Notes under the pieces: generated by a model
Seen by the model: only the letters and a program-made list of their open reading frames with translations
What the model was told of the DNA's origin: nothing
Databases searched by the model: none
Assembly (NCBI GenBank): GCA_002633005.1
Contig: NMRA01000308.1
Location: 248,001 to 312,000 of the forward strand
DNA from: Phoronis australis
Taxonomy: Eukaryota > Animalia > Phoronida
Length of the DNA: 64,000 nucleotides
Direction of reading: 5' to 3'
In this document: positions 1 to 11,794 of the stretch, in pieces
Numbering within the stretch: position 1 is the stretch's first letter
Layout of the letters: each line of letters opens with the position of its first letter
Position numbers and translations under genes: made by a program

Positions 1-2792
1 CCCTTCTAACATCCATGGCATACTTAAAAGCATTCTCTAAGGTGAGAAGTCATACAACTATTCACTCTGATGTGTGCTCATTCCTTGTTAGACCTTACAG
101 TTTTGAGGAGTTGAAACAAGAGCACAAAAAGTGCTTGTTATTCTTATCTGCATTTAACTCTTGAAATAGTTATTTGAGAGAAAAAAATCATCTGGAATTC
201 TGGTGAAGATGTCAATAGTTCATTAACTTGTTCTTCTTTCTTTTTTAAATGTTTATTACATAAAATACACTGTACTATTGTAGTTAGGCCTTGAAAGTGC
301 AAGAAACAATAATATGTGGGTGCTAATTTGTCATCATAGAGTACCCAATTCATTTGGCCGTTTTCCCATTCAATGACTTTACCAGAAATAGAGCGGTTGC
401 TCGTTTGTTAACTGCCGAGCACAGTCTTGTCTGTTTTGACAACATGCAAGTCAGTTATCTGCAAGGCTTCAAAAGGTTGAACAACAATTAATAACTGATG
501 GTAGTCGATGACGTTTTTCTTGGTTTGTCAATAACCATTTTATCAGCATTGGGACTTTTTCCATGAAAGATTTAGCTTCAGTTAATATTGGGAGTGGACT
601 CCAGCAAGTATTATTAGCTCTGAGAAGTCGAGGTGCTCACGAGCTGGTTTGTTCAGTAAAGAAAAGCCACTCCACCTGCTCATTTTTAAAGAAGTTTTGC
701 TGTACAGCTTTTGAAGATCACTAGTTCTGTATTTACCCCAAAAATACACGCATTACTGAGGAACGGATCCAGCGACCCATTTTATTAAACAGTACACACC
801 ATGGATTTTTGCACATTTCGAATTAACGGTGGCCACAGACTAAATGTATGACCTAAAATTTAGCCAAATCCATGATTATTTTGTGTCATTAGCTCGAAAT
901 TTTGATTTCTCTTTCAATTTTGCCAATTTTCACATTTCCCGCCATGTGACATCATGGGTTGAACACAAGAGATCAGCGACTAGCATTGAACAACGGCGGA
1001 GAGTAGGGAATTTGTAAGCGACAACGATTATGAGCAAGAAATGAACAAATACTATGAAGAAACGTACGAGAATGGTGGCCAGGATGACGAAATGGGGTTG
1101 CACGAAAGCGAGAACGAGTTTGATATGTTTTCAGCTGCGTACTTTTCTACTTTGAGGCCTTACGAACTGGATCCTCACGCGAGAGAAGCGGCCTTGGGCT
1201 CGGCCAGTCAACCCAGTCATCCAACAGACGATCCTGAATAAAGAGCCGATGTTTCTGAATAGTAAATATTGTCTTTTATTGAACCAGGCCTTCATCGTAA
1301 CATCTCCTCCGATTGGAGTCGAAACACGACTCCTCAAAGAGGGCAGAACACAGAGTGGCTCCGGACAGAATCGCTTTGTCCACGCTGAGGTCCCACACTC
1401 TCGTTCGGCGCACGAAGCGATGCCACTACNTTTTTTTTTTTTTTTACGTTTACCTCTGTATCTTCAAAGGTCCTCAACGTATTTTCATAAATTTTGAATA
1501 TAGGCATCTATTGAAGAGATAACGCTTTGCTCCTGTTTTGGGATGGAATCGAGGTATTTTGCGCCACATGGTGACCATTTTTGCTGTTTTCAAACCCTGG
1601 TTTTGGCGTCCACCCCTCTTCTAGGGATGGTTTTGAAAATTGAAAGGTTCTCAGTGTGAAGAGGACGTTTGATGATGGCGACTGACTACTGTGGCGCCTC
1701 CCAGTAGTAGTTTTGTTTTGTTTCGCGGAAATTCGCGCCCATAGCTGCATCAAAATAACAATAGAGCATGATGACTTTCAGGCGGATCCAACAGATTCTG
1801 TGCCCACTAGTGGCAATTTCATTTTATTCCGTTTTCCATTGTTTCTCTGAAGTTCCTTGACAGATTTTTATGAAATATGGCATGTTCCCATTTTGTACGT
1901 TTTTGCGCCATCTAGTAACTATTTTTATGATACAACTCATGTAAATAACCCTAAAAGCACACCATTCGCGTTGCATTCGTGGGCGCATTTCAACGCTCCA
2001 CGTTGTTCTTGTTACACGACAATAAGGACAACTTTCAGGAATCCTGACAAAGAATTTTTATTTTCTCACTAAAAGCTGTATTTTTGTTGAGTATTAAATT
2101 AAATTGAAAATGTCTACATCAGAAAAAATCAAAAACAAAAATTTTTCGTCCAGTTTTATGAGCTCCAGCAACCTCGCTCATAGTGTGAGTGGGAACGTGA
2201 ACACCTGCGTTCTTATGGGAATAAAATGAAAGTTAGGTGCGTATTTACAGCATACAGGAAGCACGTGACCTTAGCTTACAGTAATCAATTTGACCAAGAT
2301 GGTAATGTGCGTAACTTAACTAAATAAAACAAACACATCAGGTGTACCGGTAATATCTTTATTAAAGTCGTATATGCTGCTAAATACACTGTACAACGCA
2401 TTGGATCAAACATAAGGTTTATGTATCTGTATCATGGATGTAAACGTTATGAAAAGTAAGTTGCACCTTATTACCAACTGCGTATGAACAAAGACAAAGC
2501 CAATGCATTTGTACGCATTCGGATAGAATAGATTGTCTTACTTCGGTTGTAGTTGGGCGATTTTAGTGATTGAAAAACTAAACATGACCAGCATTTGATG
2601 AGGAATTCAGAATTGTTATTGGTTTGTGTTCAAACGGTTTATAACACATCTTTTACTTTTCACAGCACAGCCACTGGTCAGCCTGGATACAATCTTATCA
2701 GAATGGAATTATTTTTGTGCCACTAATGCGGGGCACGCTCCTAAACTTATCTCTGCCTTGGTTATGATTTAGTTTACTAACTGCTGTCATAG

Positions 2793-2998
2793 GTTGATGA
2801 TGTGCAGTTGAAACAGTGTCTGAAGAAGGTGACCAACATGATGGATGACTATCTAGCGGGAATCTCACTGACACCAAGAACTAAGCTTAAATGGAGGCTG
2901 TCCTCACGCACATTGGCAGAGATCAACCGACCAAGTTTATATGACTACAGCTCTCTGCCTGTTATATTAGAACACAAACCAACTCCATGTTCATTCAG
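2793..2998 (+). CDS. Candidate internal coding exon of an unidentified plus-strand gene starting left of the window
   Basis: catag|GTT...TTCAG|gtaagg flanks an open frame (VDDVQLKQCLKKVTNMMDDY...PTPCSFR). Possible neighbouring exons at <1-41, 2666-2760 and 5690/5844 onward. No family recognised. Confidence 0.4.
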
Positions 2999-3044
2999 GT
3001 AAGGCAGGAACGTGTAATTTATGCTCTTTCTGGTAATAGTCAGT

Positions 3045-3128
3045 TATAACGTGTCTGCATTTTGAGAACCAATTTTCTCCACTATGATAACGGGCATCAA
3101 CTGGTTCTCAAAATACAGGCATATTATA
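3045..3128. repeat. ~84-bp hairpin mini-MITE, copy 1
   Basis: TATAACGTGTCTGCATTTTGAGAACCAATT ... AACTGGTTCTCAAAATACAGGCATATTATA; second copy at 5967-6050. Confidence 0.75.
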
Positions 3129-3226
3129 TTGCCCTCTTTCCAGTAAAATAAACATTTGGTTTTTGTGCCAACGATGATGAAGTTGACCTACACTGATTAG
3201 GGAGAAATAAAGAGGAGGCCTCACTC

Positions 3227-5254
3227 TATAGACTCTATTCACGCGGCGGACATTAAAATCCATAGCGAGGCTCACTGCGATAAACAAAGCGGAAATTTAC
3301 ATTGCGTGAGTTAAATGGCCGGTCTTTGGAGTCCAACCTGAATATTAAATCTTAAAAGATGTGTCAATAATTAACCACAGAGACGTAGAAAAATAAGTTA
3401 AAGAACAAGTCAATGCACCAAAGAGTTGTCTGACGAAAGGATTTAGGTTTTTTCCGGAAAACTACGTTCGAAACATGAAAAGTAAACATAACCAAATTGC
3501 GGCGATCGTAGTGTTACGGATTAGGTATCATGCTGAATGCAGGGTTACGTTTCTTCTAATAAATTCTTGATAAAAATGCTTTCTACATGAACCAGGTCAT
3601 CTGGTCGTATTGTTGACGAGTTGAAGATATTTTCGACAGTGGTGGCTCACAGCATTTTGCTGTCATGTGCAATTAGTCTCATCTGGTTTAATTTGTTGAT
3701 CAAGAGTAGGCCTATTAGCTTCAAGCATAGCCTAGGTCCTGGTGAGGTAGTCACTACCGGGACTAACAGTTGATTTGTCATTGATCTGAAATAATACTAG
3801 ATGTTATTAAATATATATTTTGATTACGATAAAAAAACTAGGCTCGCAACTGAAAATAAAAATTATATGAACATCAATTCTGCTTTCTTGGTTTTAATAA
3901 TTACGTCTATATCATGTGTTATACTCAAATATCATCAATCTCAACCAAGTTGAAATTTAAAATTAAAACATCTAATTCTTTCGTCCAAAGCATAACCTCA
4001 TTTTAGAGCTCAATTTCAGTTAACACAGTGGCGGATTTAGAGGGGAGCCAAGGGGCTATGCCATAGCCCCCCCCCCCCCCCTAAAATTCTCCCAGATTCC
4101 ATTTGGCAGTTCAGGAGCGCGAATTTCTGACGGGCAAAATCCTGGCAAATACACTGCCTTGCCCCCTCCCAACTCAAAGTCCTGGATCCCCCCTGGAACA
4201 AGCATAGTTGTGTTTCTTCAGAAGCCTCGTTCATATCCGAGGGGAAAGGTGCCTCATGTGTGTACGGCCTTCTGAGAGGGGAACGTTTTGCCGAGTGACG
4301 GGTCAATGAAAATTCTACTGACCTCCCGACACCACCAATAGCACCCCGCCCTTTTGCAAGCTCTCATAACTCTATCTCAAGTAGCATTTTCAGTGGCTAA
4401 TCCGGCTAGGATACATACTAGGCCTAGTGAGGGGGGGCGACATCCTCGGAGAAGCCGCGGGCAAAGTGCGATTGTATGCACGCAGGCGGCCCGGAAGTTG
4501 CGGGCGCCGAGGATGTATACCTTCTGCTCAGGAAATCTGTCGTTGGACTAAAAACAAAATAAAACGGAACGTGTTTTCCCCCTCGTCCGCTACCGGTCCT
4601 AGCTCAATTACTCCGATACAATTAAAGTTTCCTCCCGCTTTACGTTTTGCTGGTTTATTTTCCTTGCGGCAGTCATGCAAGGGGGGGGGGCGAGCCCCTG
4701 CCCCCCCCCAAATCCGCCAATGATTTTGTACTTTTTCAAATTGTCACCTCTGTGGTCACAGGTGATTTGAACCGTTGGCCAGAGAAATTTTCAATCACAA
4801 AAGGGATTTTTAGGCTTCATGGCTGGGAATTTCGCATGATTTTTCAATATTTTTGAGAGGGGAATAGGGCCGATATTTGGCCCCAAAGTTGAGGGATTGA
4901 GGGCCCTGTCCTTTTTGTAAATAAAAATGCATCGCGCTTCAACTCATAGTCGTGAAAACACAGCCTGGCTGGCCAAAGATTCTTCGGTCCTCGTTGCTAT
5001 GGCGGCATCCAGTCCGAGATGCGACAAATTATGATTCAAAAACATGTATAAATTTTACACGGACATATTTTCATTCGTCGCGGCATATGGCAAGGACCCA
5101 ACGCTTCCGAATCCCAACGTCCTTAGGGATTGTAAAACAGAGTGTCCGTATTTTTTCTAGCTGTTCGAGTACAGCTACGCGGATAAGCCACCAGAGCTAT
5201 CGTAGCGAGCCTCGTTTTGGAACGCGCCTCCTGTCGGCGTGAATAGGGTCTATA
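3227..5254. mobile_element. Non-autonomous TIR element (~2 kb) with nested GC-rich MITE
   Basis: Ends TATAGACTCTATTCACGC / GCGTGAATAGGGTCTATA (17/18 inverted match), plus a mirrored subterminal CGAGGCTC.CT.CGAT. Confidence 0.7.
4026..4722. mobile_element. hAT-like MITE (CAGTGGCGGATTT termini)
   Basis: CAGTGGCGGATTT...AAATCCGCCAATG inverted ends with G/C-run subterminals. No clean 8-bp TSD. A related left end occurs at ~33677. Confidence 0.55.
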
Positions 5255-5966
5255 GTAAATGTTTATTGACATTTGGCACCTTTAAGTACAGGTCTTGATG
5301 CTTAGCATTACGCCAACACAACAAATGGGACACGAGGTCACCAAAACAAAAATAAGGCAACCCCTATGTCTTGGTGCGAAAGTCCCAGATCCCATAAACA
5401 ACACATATGTGATAACTGTAAAAAATAAGAAGATAGGTTACCAGTATTGAAAAACTAGTTATCTGAGCAAATATCCACTGGAACACCCGAGATCACCGAT
5501 GGAAAAATTAGGAGTACATCGTGTACTCAATTTGCCCGACCCACCCAGCATTGCAAACGCATAGTCTTACTTCTGATCTTAGGGAGATACTGTCACCTGT
5601 GCATGACACATGAACGGACTGTTCTACTTCTGTTCCTCATGCTCTAATGTGTGTGTGTGTGTGTGTGTGCGTGCGTGCGTGTGTACCAGGTCATCAAACA
5701 AAATCAGAAGTCGTATTGACAGTATGCAGATCACCAAATCAATCCCTGGACCTGGTGTACCTTGTTGCGATGATTAACAGCTTCATGCATTAGACTGTTG
5801 TTATGCTTTTGGTCGTAATCATTCTGGTTTGTTATTGCTGCAGGTATTCTGCTGTTGATAACAGTAACGATCATCGGCCATGCAACACCACTGAGGCTGA
5901 AGTCATTGCAGGGGGATTATCAAATAACTTTGGTTTCATGAGCCAATAGATGCAGTAATGGTCGCA

Positions 5967-6050
5967 TTTAATGTGCCCGCATTTTGTGAACCAGTTTTCT
6001 CCACTGAGTAATGGGTATCAAACTGGTTCTCAAAATAAGGGAACATTATA
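5967..6050. repeat. ~84-bp hairpin mini-MITE, copy 2
   Basis: TAATGTGCCCGCATTTTGTGAACCAGTTT ... AAACTGGTTCTCAAAATAAGGGAACATTA; same loop start (TTCTCCACT) as copy 1. Confidence 0.75.
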
Positions 6051-6221
6051 TCTGACCACTGCCAATAGATGCTTTAGGATATGTGCTGTTATGTTGGTGA
6101 GGCTTAGAACTGTTTAGAGACTTCAGGCAAGAGTTGAATTAGATTACGGTGTTAGTGTGTCATCCTGGTTATTGGTGAAGATCAGAACAAAACAATCATT
6201 GCATTATGTAGTGTGTACCTC

Positions 6222-6395
6222 CCTAGTCTGCCAGCTAGCTGTATGAAGACTAGTGTCACAATACAGCAGACTGTGTGCCCCCAGTCTGCCAGCTAGCTGT
6301 ATGAAGACTAGTGTCACAATACAGCAGACTGTGTGCCCCTAGTCTGCCAGCTAGCTGTATGAAGACTAGTGTCACAATACAGCAGACTGTGTGCC
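6222..6395. repeat. Tandem repeat, 3 x 58 bp
   Basis: AGTCTGCCAGCTAGCTGTATGAAGACTAGTGTCACAATACAGCAGACTGTGTGCC recurs at 6225, 6283 and 6341. Confidence 0.9.
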
Positions 6396-9238
6396 TTGCC
6401 CATTACAGCCATCTGAGGTTATGTAGGACCGACTAGAAAAATGTTCAGTTTGGCCAACTTTGGAACATTGTATCTCAGAAATGGCTGATCTGATTCACAT
6501 GAAAATTTAGACACTATGTTTTATACACTATTCTCCAAAAGGCTGTTAAAAATTGTTTTTGAAATGTTCCAGTTTTGCTATCAAAAATAGTATTTATATG
6601 ACTTTTACGAAAAGATTTTAAAGTTACATAAAACGAAAACAAAACAATTTAGAAAACTAACAGCATTTTGATATTTTATCTTGAACATGTCATGTAAGTG
6701 ATCCTGTTGTTATTGGAGTAAAGTCAAAAATCAAATTCTACAGAATTTCTACTTTCAGAAAATCTGTACTTTTGCTAAGTTAAATTCTATAGTTTTGTAG
6801 GTTGTTGCCTAACTATACACACTTGTCCACTAAGTCGTGTATCACCTAAGCGAAAGCAATATGTTAATAATTGCCAATTTCTTATATCATTCTACAACTT
6901 CTTCTGTGGTCTACTTCAAAACAGTACACTCGTGTCCCAATGCACCATTTGCTTGCTCTTCTGTGGCATCTTTCGGCAGATGAAGACAACTTCACCTTTG
7001 CAAAATTTGCTATAATTTCCATTTACTGGTAACAGAGTTTTGAACACTTTGGAGTGAAGCCAACTACAGTAATTTGCTGAGAACTGTATGCAACCTTTCG
7101 TAAGAACAGTTGGTTGAAAAATTAGTGAAAAAAGAAATTGGCATGTAGGTGACGAGTACTGCTGTATGGCATTGAAAGCCAATTTATTTGATCATTTCCA
7201 AATATTAACATAATAACCGTATTTTAACAACTGTGTCCTGTGAGCTTTACACAAGGAAAAGTGTCCTTTTAAATGTTGAGTTGTATTTCACCAGTTTTTT
7301 ACCCACATCGCTCCAAAGTTATATACTTATACAGTTTTGTATGTAGACTAGAATTGCCCGTAGACTGCTGGGTTTGGTCTGACAAGTAAGAGCATGTCAA
7401 AATCTCCTTTTACAATATTTTGTTAAAACTTCATGATATTTTATTTAACTTATTAAGAGAGTAGGTAGCATACAGATTAGTTTCCTCAAAGGAAATCTGA
7501 ATGAGAGTGATATCTGTAGGCTTTTTCTTAATTAGGCTATTAACGTTAATATCCAAATTAATGAAAAGTAGTGTAGACCGAACTTTATAGTAATTTTTTT
7601 TACATATGTATTATTTTTATATTGAGTCTCTGTAGTCATTCTTTGGGGTCATAGTCATATTAAAGTTGCCATGACAACACCATCTTTTGAAAGCATCTCA
7701 TCTGTACATAACATTGTAGTTAGTATTAATTTATTAGCTGTATCCTGTTTTTTGTGTTGTTACCATTCATGTATACAGTTCGTAGGCAATAAGTTGTGCA
7801 AATATTTTGAAAGGCATCTGACTTGATGTAGTCAGTTACTTTGCACAGATATAGTGATGGAGAAAATACATGCAAACTTAATGGCTAGAAGTTTCTAGAT
7901 TGATTTGTGCTTTGTATCAGTGTATTAAACTATTGAATGTTTCTGACATGTGATGCACTGTGGTCACAATCGACCAGTTTGTGTGTGTTTTACCTTCAGA
8001 AAAGTGTAACTCCATAACATCAAATTAATTTTCAATAATATGTTACTTGGCCAAAACATTTTTTGTTCTTGACCTTTGCAACCTGTTGTTGTTTGTGTCT
8101 TTGTTGTATTCTGTGTTTTTCTGGTGTTTAACAAACCACAGTCAGTAATTAGATTGCTTATCAGACGAGGATTTGCCTCAGAAATGCTGCATGACTGTCG
8201 GAGATTAAGTTTTACTTCCAATGATAAAACTGGCCACTGGTCAAAATGTTTTGGTCATGAGGCAACTCTCAAACCTTTGCAGGATACATTCCTAGTTCTT
8301 GAGCTTCTTTTTAAATGGAGCTGCCGGGGCTGGTCAGATTGAGATTTGGAACAAAGTTTGATTCTTTTCAGAAAAAAGTCAGTCAAACTAAAAAAGTGGC
8401 AAGCCATGTGAGAAAAATATCTGTGTTAAAGCTGCTGTAGTCAAACGCTGTTTTAACTTATTAAGAGACCTTACGGCCAGGCCCCAGGGTGTGAGAATTT
8501 AAGATATATGCTGTGCTGGAGTACATTGTGACTTACCTGAATACATTGTGACTTACCTGAATAAGGCTCTAACCCTAGCTTGCACTTGATCTCAGTTTCA
8601 AGCTTTAGGTTCAATCTAAGCTAAGAATCTTTGGCTTTGTGTTGAAATGACTTGGATGAAATCACCTATGAACAGGGTTTCGTGGTCTCTTACCATATCA
8701 AAAATGAAACCCTCTAGTTGTCAGAAAACAACTGTTTGCAATTTTAGTGTCTGGTAATGCAATAGTTGGTTATAACCAATTTCAATGTGATCAGTGTTGC
8801 TAAGGGTGATTACTAAGACTGCTTTTAGTGTCTTGCAGAAGAAACCTGGATTTTATGTGTTGTGTATTGTAGAGATAAAAAGTAAAATTGTGATAAGCAG
8901 GTTATGTAATTATGTAGATACTTATTTAATATTTATTGGTGTTGTACATATGTAAAAATTAAAAAAGAATATGTTCAGTTGTACTTAATAGATTTCTGTT
9001 GTGTATTTTTAAAGTAAATAAAAGTTTAAGTCTCAAAATTTGCTTGTTTACATGACATCAGCAGCAATAAAATAATTCCATGTAACGGAGCCCTGAACAG
9101 TAAATCAAAAGCCTGGTTAAGAAAATTGCATAGCCTTGATTTAGTTCATTCTAGAATTCGGGATGGTTGATGTAAAACACAAAAACATGCTTCCTGTTCG
9201 GCTTAGGTGTAAAAGTTCAATATAATGTTAAGCCTTGC

Positions 9239-9355
9239 AATTAGTGTGAACACTCCTTGACAATGAGTCATCTAATTAGTGTGAACACTCCTTGGTCAGT
9301 CACTGGGTCATCTAATTAGTGTGAACACTCCTTGGTCAGTCAATGGGCCATCTAA
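9239..9355. repeat. Short tandem repeat, ~3 x 35-40 bp
   Basis: AATTAGTGTGAACACTCCTTG...TCATCT repeated three times. Confidence 0.75.
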
Positions 9356-11794
9356 TGAATCGTGACTGTCGCTTTGTTTGGTCAGTGTCACTGGTCAGCA
9401 ATCATAACGATAGAGTATGGTATATAAACTACTGTACATAATGTTAACTTGTGTAAAATCGCTTCAGTATAAAATAACAAATTGACCATCCTTCACTCAT
9501 TGCAATTTGTTCTAGAAATAAATCGCAAACTTGTGTAATTCACTGTTTTTTCTCCCGTCTGGCTTCTACTTCCCACCTGTCGTACAGTAACACGGCTCCG
9601 CTCCACACTGACAAGAAATTCAAATTGGTTACACAAGCTTCCTCACACGAGACACACAGTAAAGTACGTTTTATCCCAGAGAACTTTTTCTTGGTACTTT
9701 GTCACATTATAGTGGTGTTTAAAATCAATGTTTGCGCAAAAACGAATAAGGACTGAACTCCGTAGAAAATACACCCGTGTGCGACTTGCTTAGTTGGTTG
9801 ACTGTCTGAGTAACGCTAGAATTTTTTTTCGCTGTTCTACTTGTTCATGAACTGAAACTTGCGACGCCATCCAAAATCTGCAGCACAAGTTTTCCTTGAC
9901 TGCGCTCAGCCACAAAATGTGAATATTTAAACATAACGCGCTGTTGTATATGCTTTTTTAATTCACCAGTGACCTGTCCGAGTAAAAGAGTGTCGGAACC
10001 ACGTTAACGTGTCCGTTTGGCTTCGTACCTCATTTTATGATAAGAAATGACAAAAAATCTCAAATGTAAAGATAACATGAAAAACTTGGAGCAACTGTTA
10101 TTGGGAACTGCAGTGCACCGTTGCACGATCAGTCATTGTTATTGGGAACTGCAATGCACCACTGCACGATCACTCATTGTTTTCCGCGTCTTAAGTCTTT
10201 GTCCTCAGAATTGCATTGCGTTGTTCACACAAATGACGAAATTTCGCGAGGAGACTCAGTGTGCACATACAAATACAAGAACTCTCCACAAACGCCACCC
10301 TCTGTTTACGTATTGCTTTCTCACCAATTTCTTTTTACCTACACATAGGACGCACACTCCGCAAGGAGACGTATAAAATTAACATAGATTCTCTATTAAT
10401 ATAACAAATAAACAACACAATGGCTATGAGAACAAAAATGAAAAATAACACAAAGATGTTTCATACACATATAAGAAATGATGGCTATCTTATAAATGGT
10501 AGTTTGCTATCAGTTTCGTGCTTAGAAGCAGATATAAATCCGTGTTCCGTCCAAGACCTTCTGATTCAGACTACTTGTCGCTCTATAGTCATGAGCTCAA
10601 CTTTCTTCGTACTCACTAGATGACAGTGATTTATGGGTTTGCAAAGCACTAACAGTTCGTCATTCCGTGAGACAATGCTCGGCACATAAAATGACACGTT
10701 GGTAAGCCAGCCCCTAGTATCAAGCAATAACCGGTGAACTGCCAACGCTCTCCAAGACCTAGAATTTCCTCCAGTTTGACTACCAACTTCACAACGTTAA
10801 GTTGTCTAAAACAAAAATATAATTATCTGCTTTAGAGCTCATCAATGACTCCAATCTACTTATTTCCAACCCGTTTCATCACCTTTATCATGGGACTCCA
10901 GAAATGATCGATTCCTCTGGTTCTATGGTTCAAGATTGTTTGCCACGACTTTCAAGTATTGAAACCCCAAAATCGGTTAATTACTTAATTTGTGAAAGTA
11001 AAAACCAGTGTTTTGATTCCATGTTTAAAAACAACAAGACCTTGTCTGACGTCCATCACGTAATCTGACATCATACACAGGTCATAATCAACGAACATGA
11101 TCATGTGCGCCAACAAACATCAAAATTTCCGTTGTTATTCTGACAGATTTGAAGATGTTTGTTTTTTAACGTTTAACTGGGACCGGGCGACCTTGGAGTT
11201 CTGATAAGGAATAAGTGAATTAGCACTTAACTTTTTCCAATGTATATTTGTTCCAAAAAAGCATAGTTGGTCCAAGGTATGTGTTCTTTTGGAAAATTAA
11301 ATAAGCAGTGCGGAATGTTTAGTTGTTCACCTTTTCAAAAAAGAGCACCCACCTGACGACGAGCAAGAATTTCGTACCAATTGATTGGCAAATCTAGGCG
11401 TTTCAAACCTTCATTAGGCGTGCGTACCATACTCATTCGATACGAAGTTCGTCCCGTATTTCCGTGTGACGTTATCATGTACAATACCACAAGTGCAATA
11501 TAACGTCGTACGAAAATGACGAACATTGAATCGAATGAGCGGTGTTGCGTACGTTGGCTTTGTACAGGTTTAAAAAGAACACGATACCTTGGCTGTATGG
11601 TACGAGAGAGCGTTTTTTATTTCTTTTTTATTTCCTTAGTCGGCGAGCGAAGGTCTCAGAATGAGTCGAGGTACAAACCAGAACCAGCTATGCTGTTTTG
11701 CCTTTATAGGAAATGAAAGTCATTGATAACCTTTCAACACGTGGGGGACACTTGGCAAGTCATAAGCAATGGTCTCTCTCAGTCATTTATTCTC

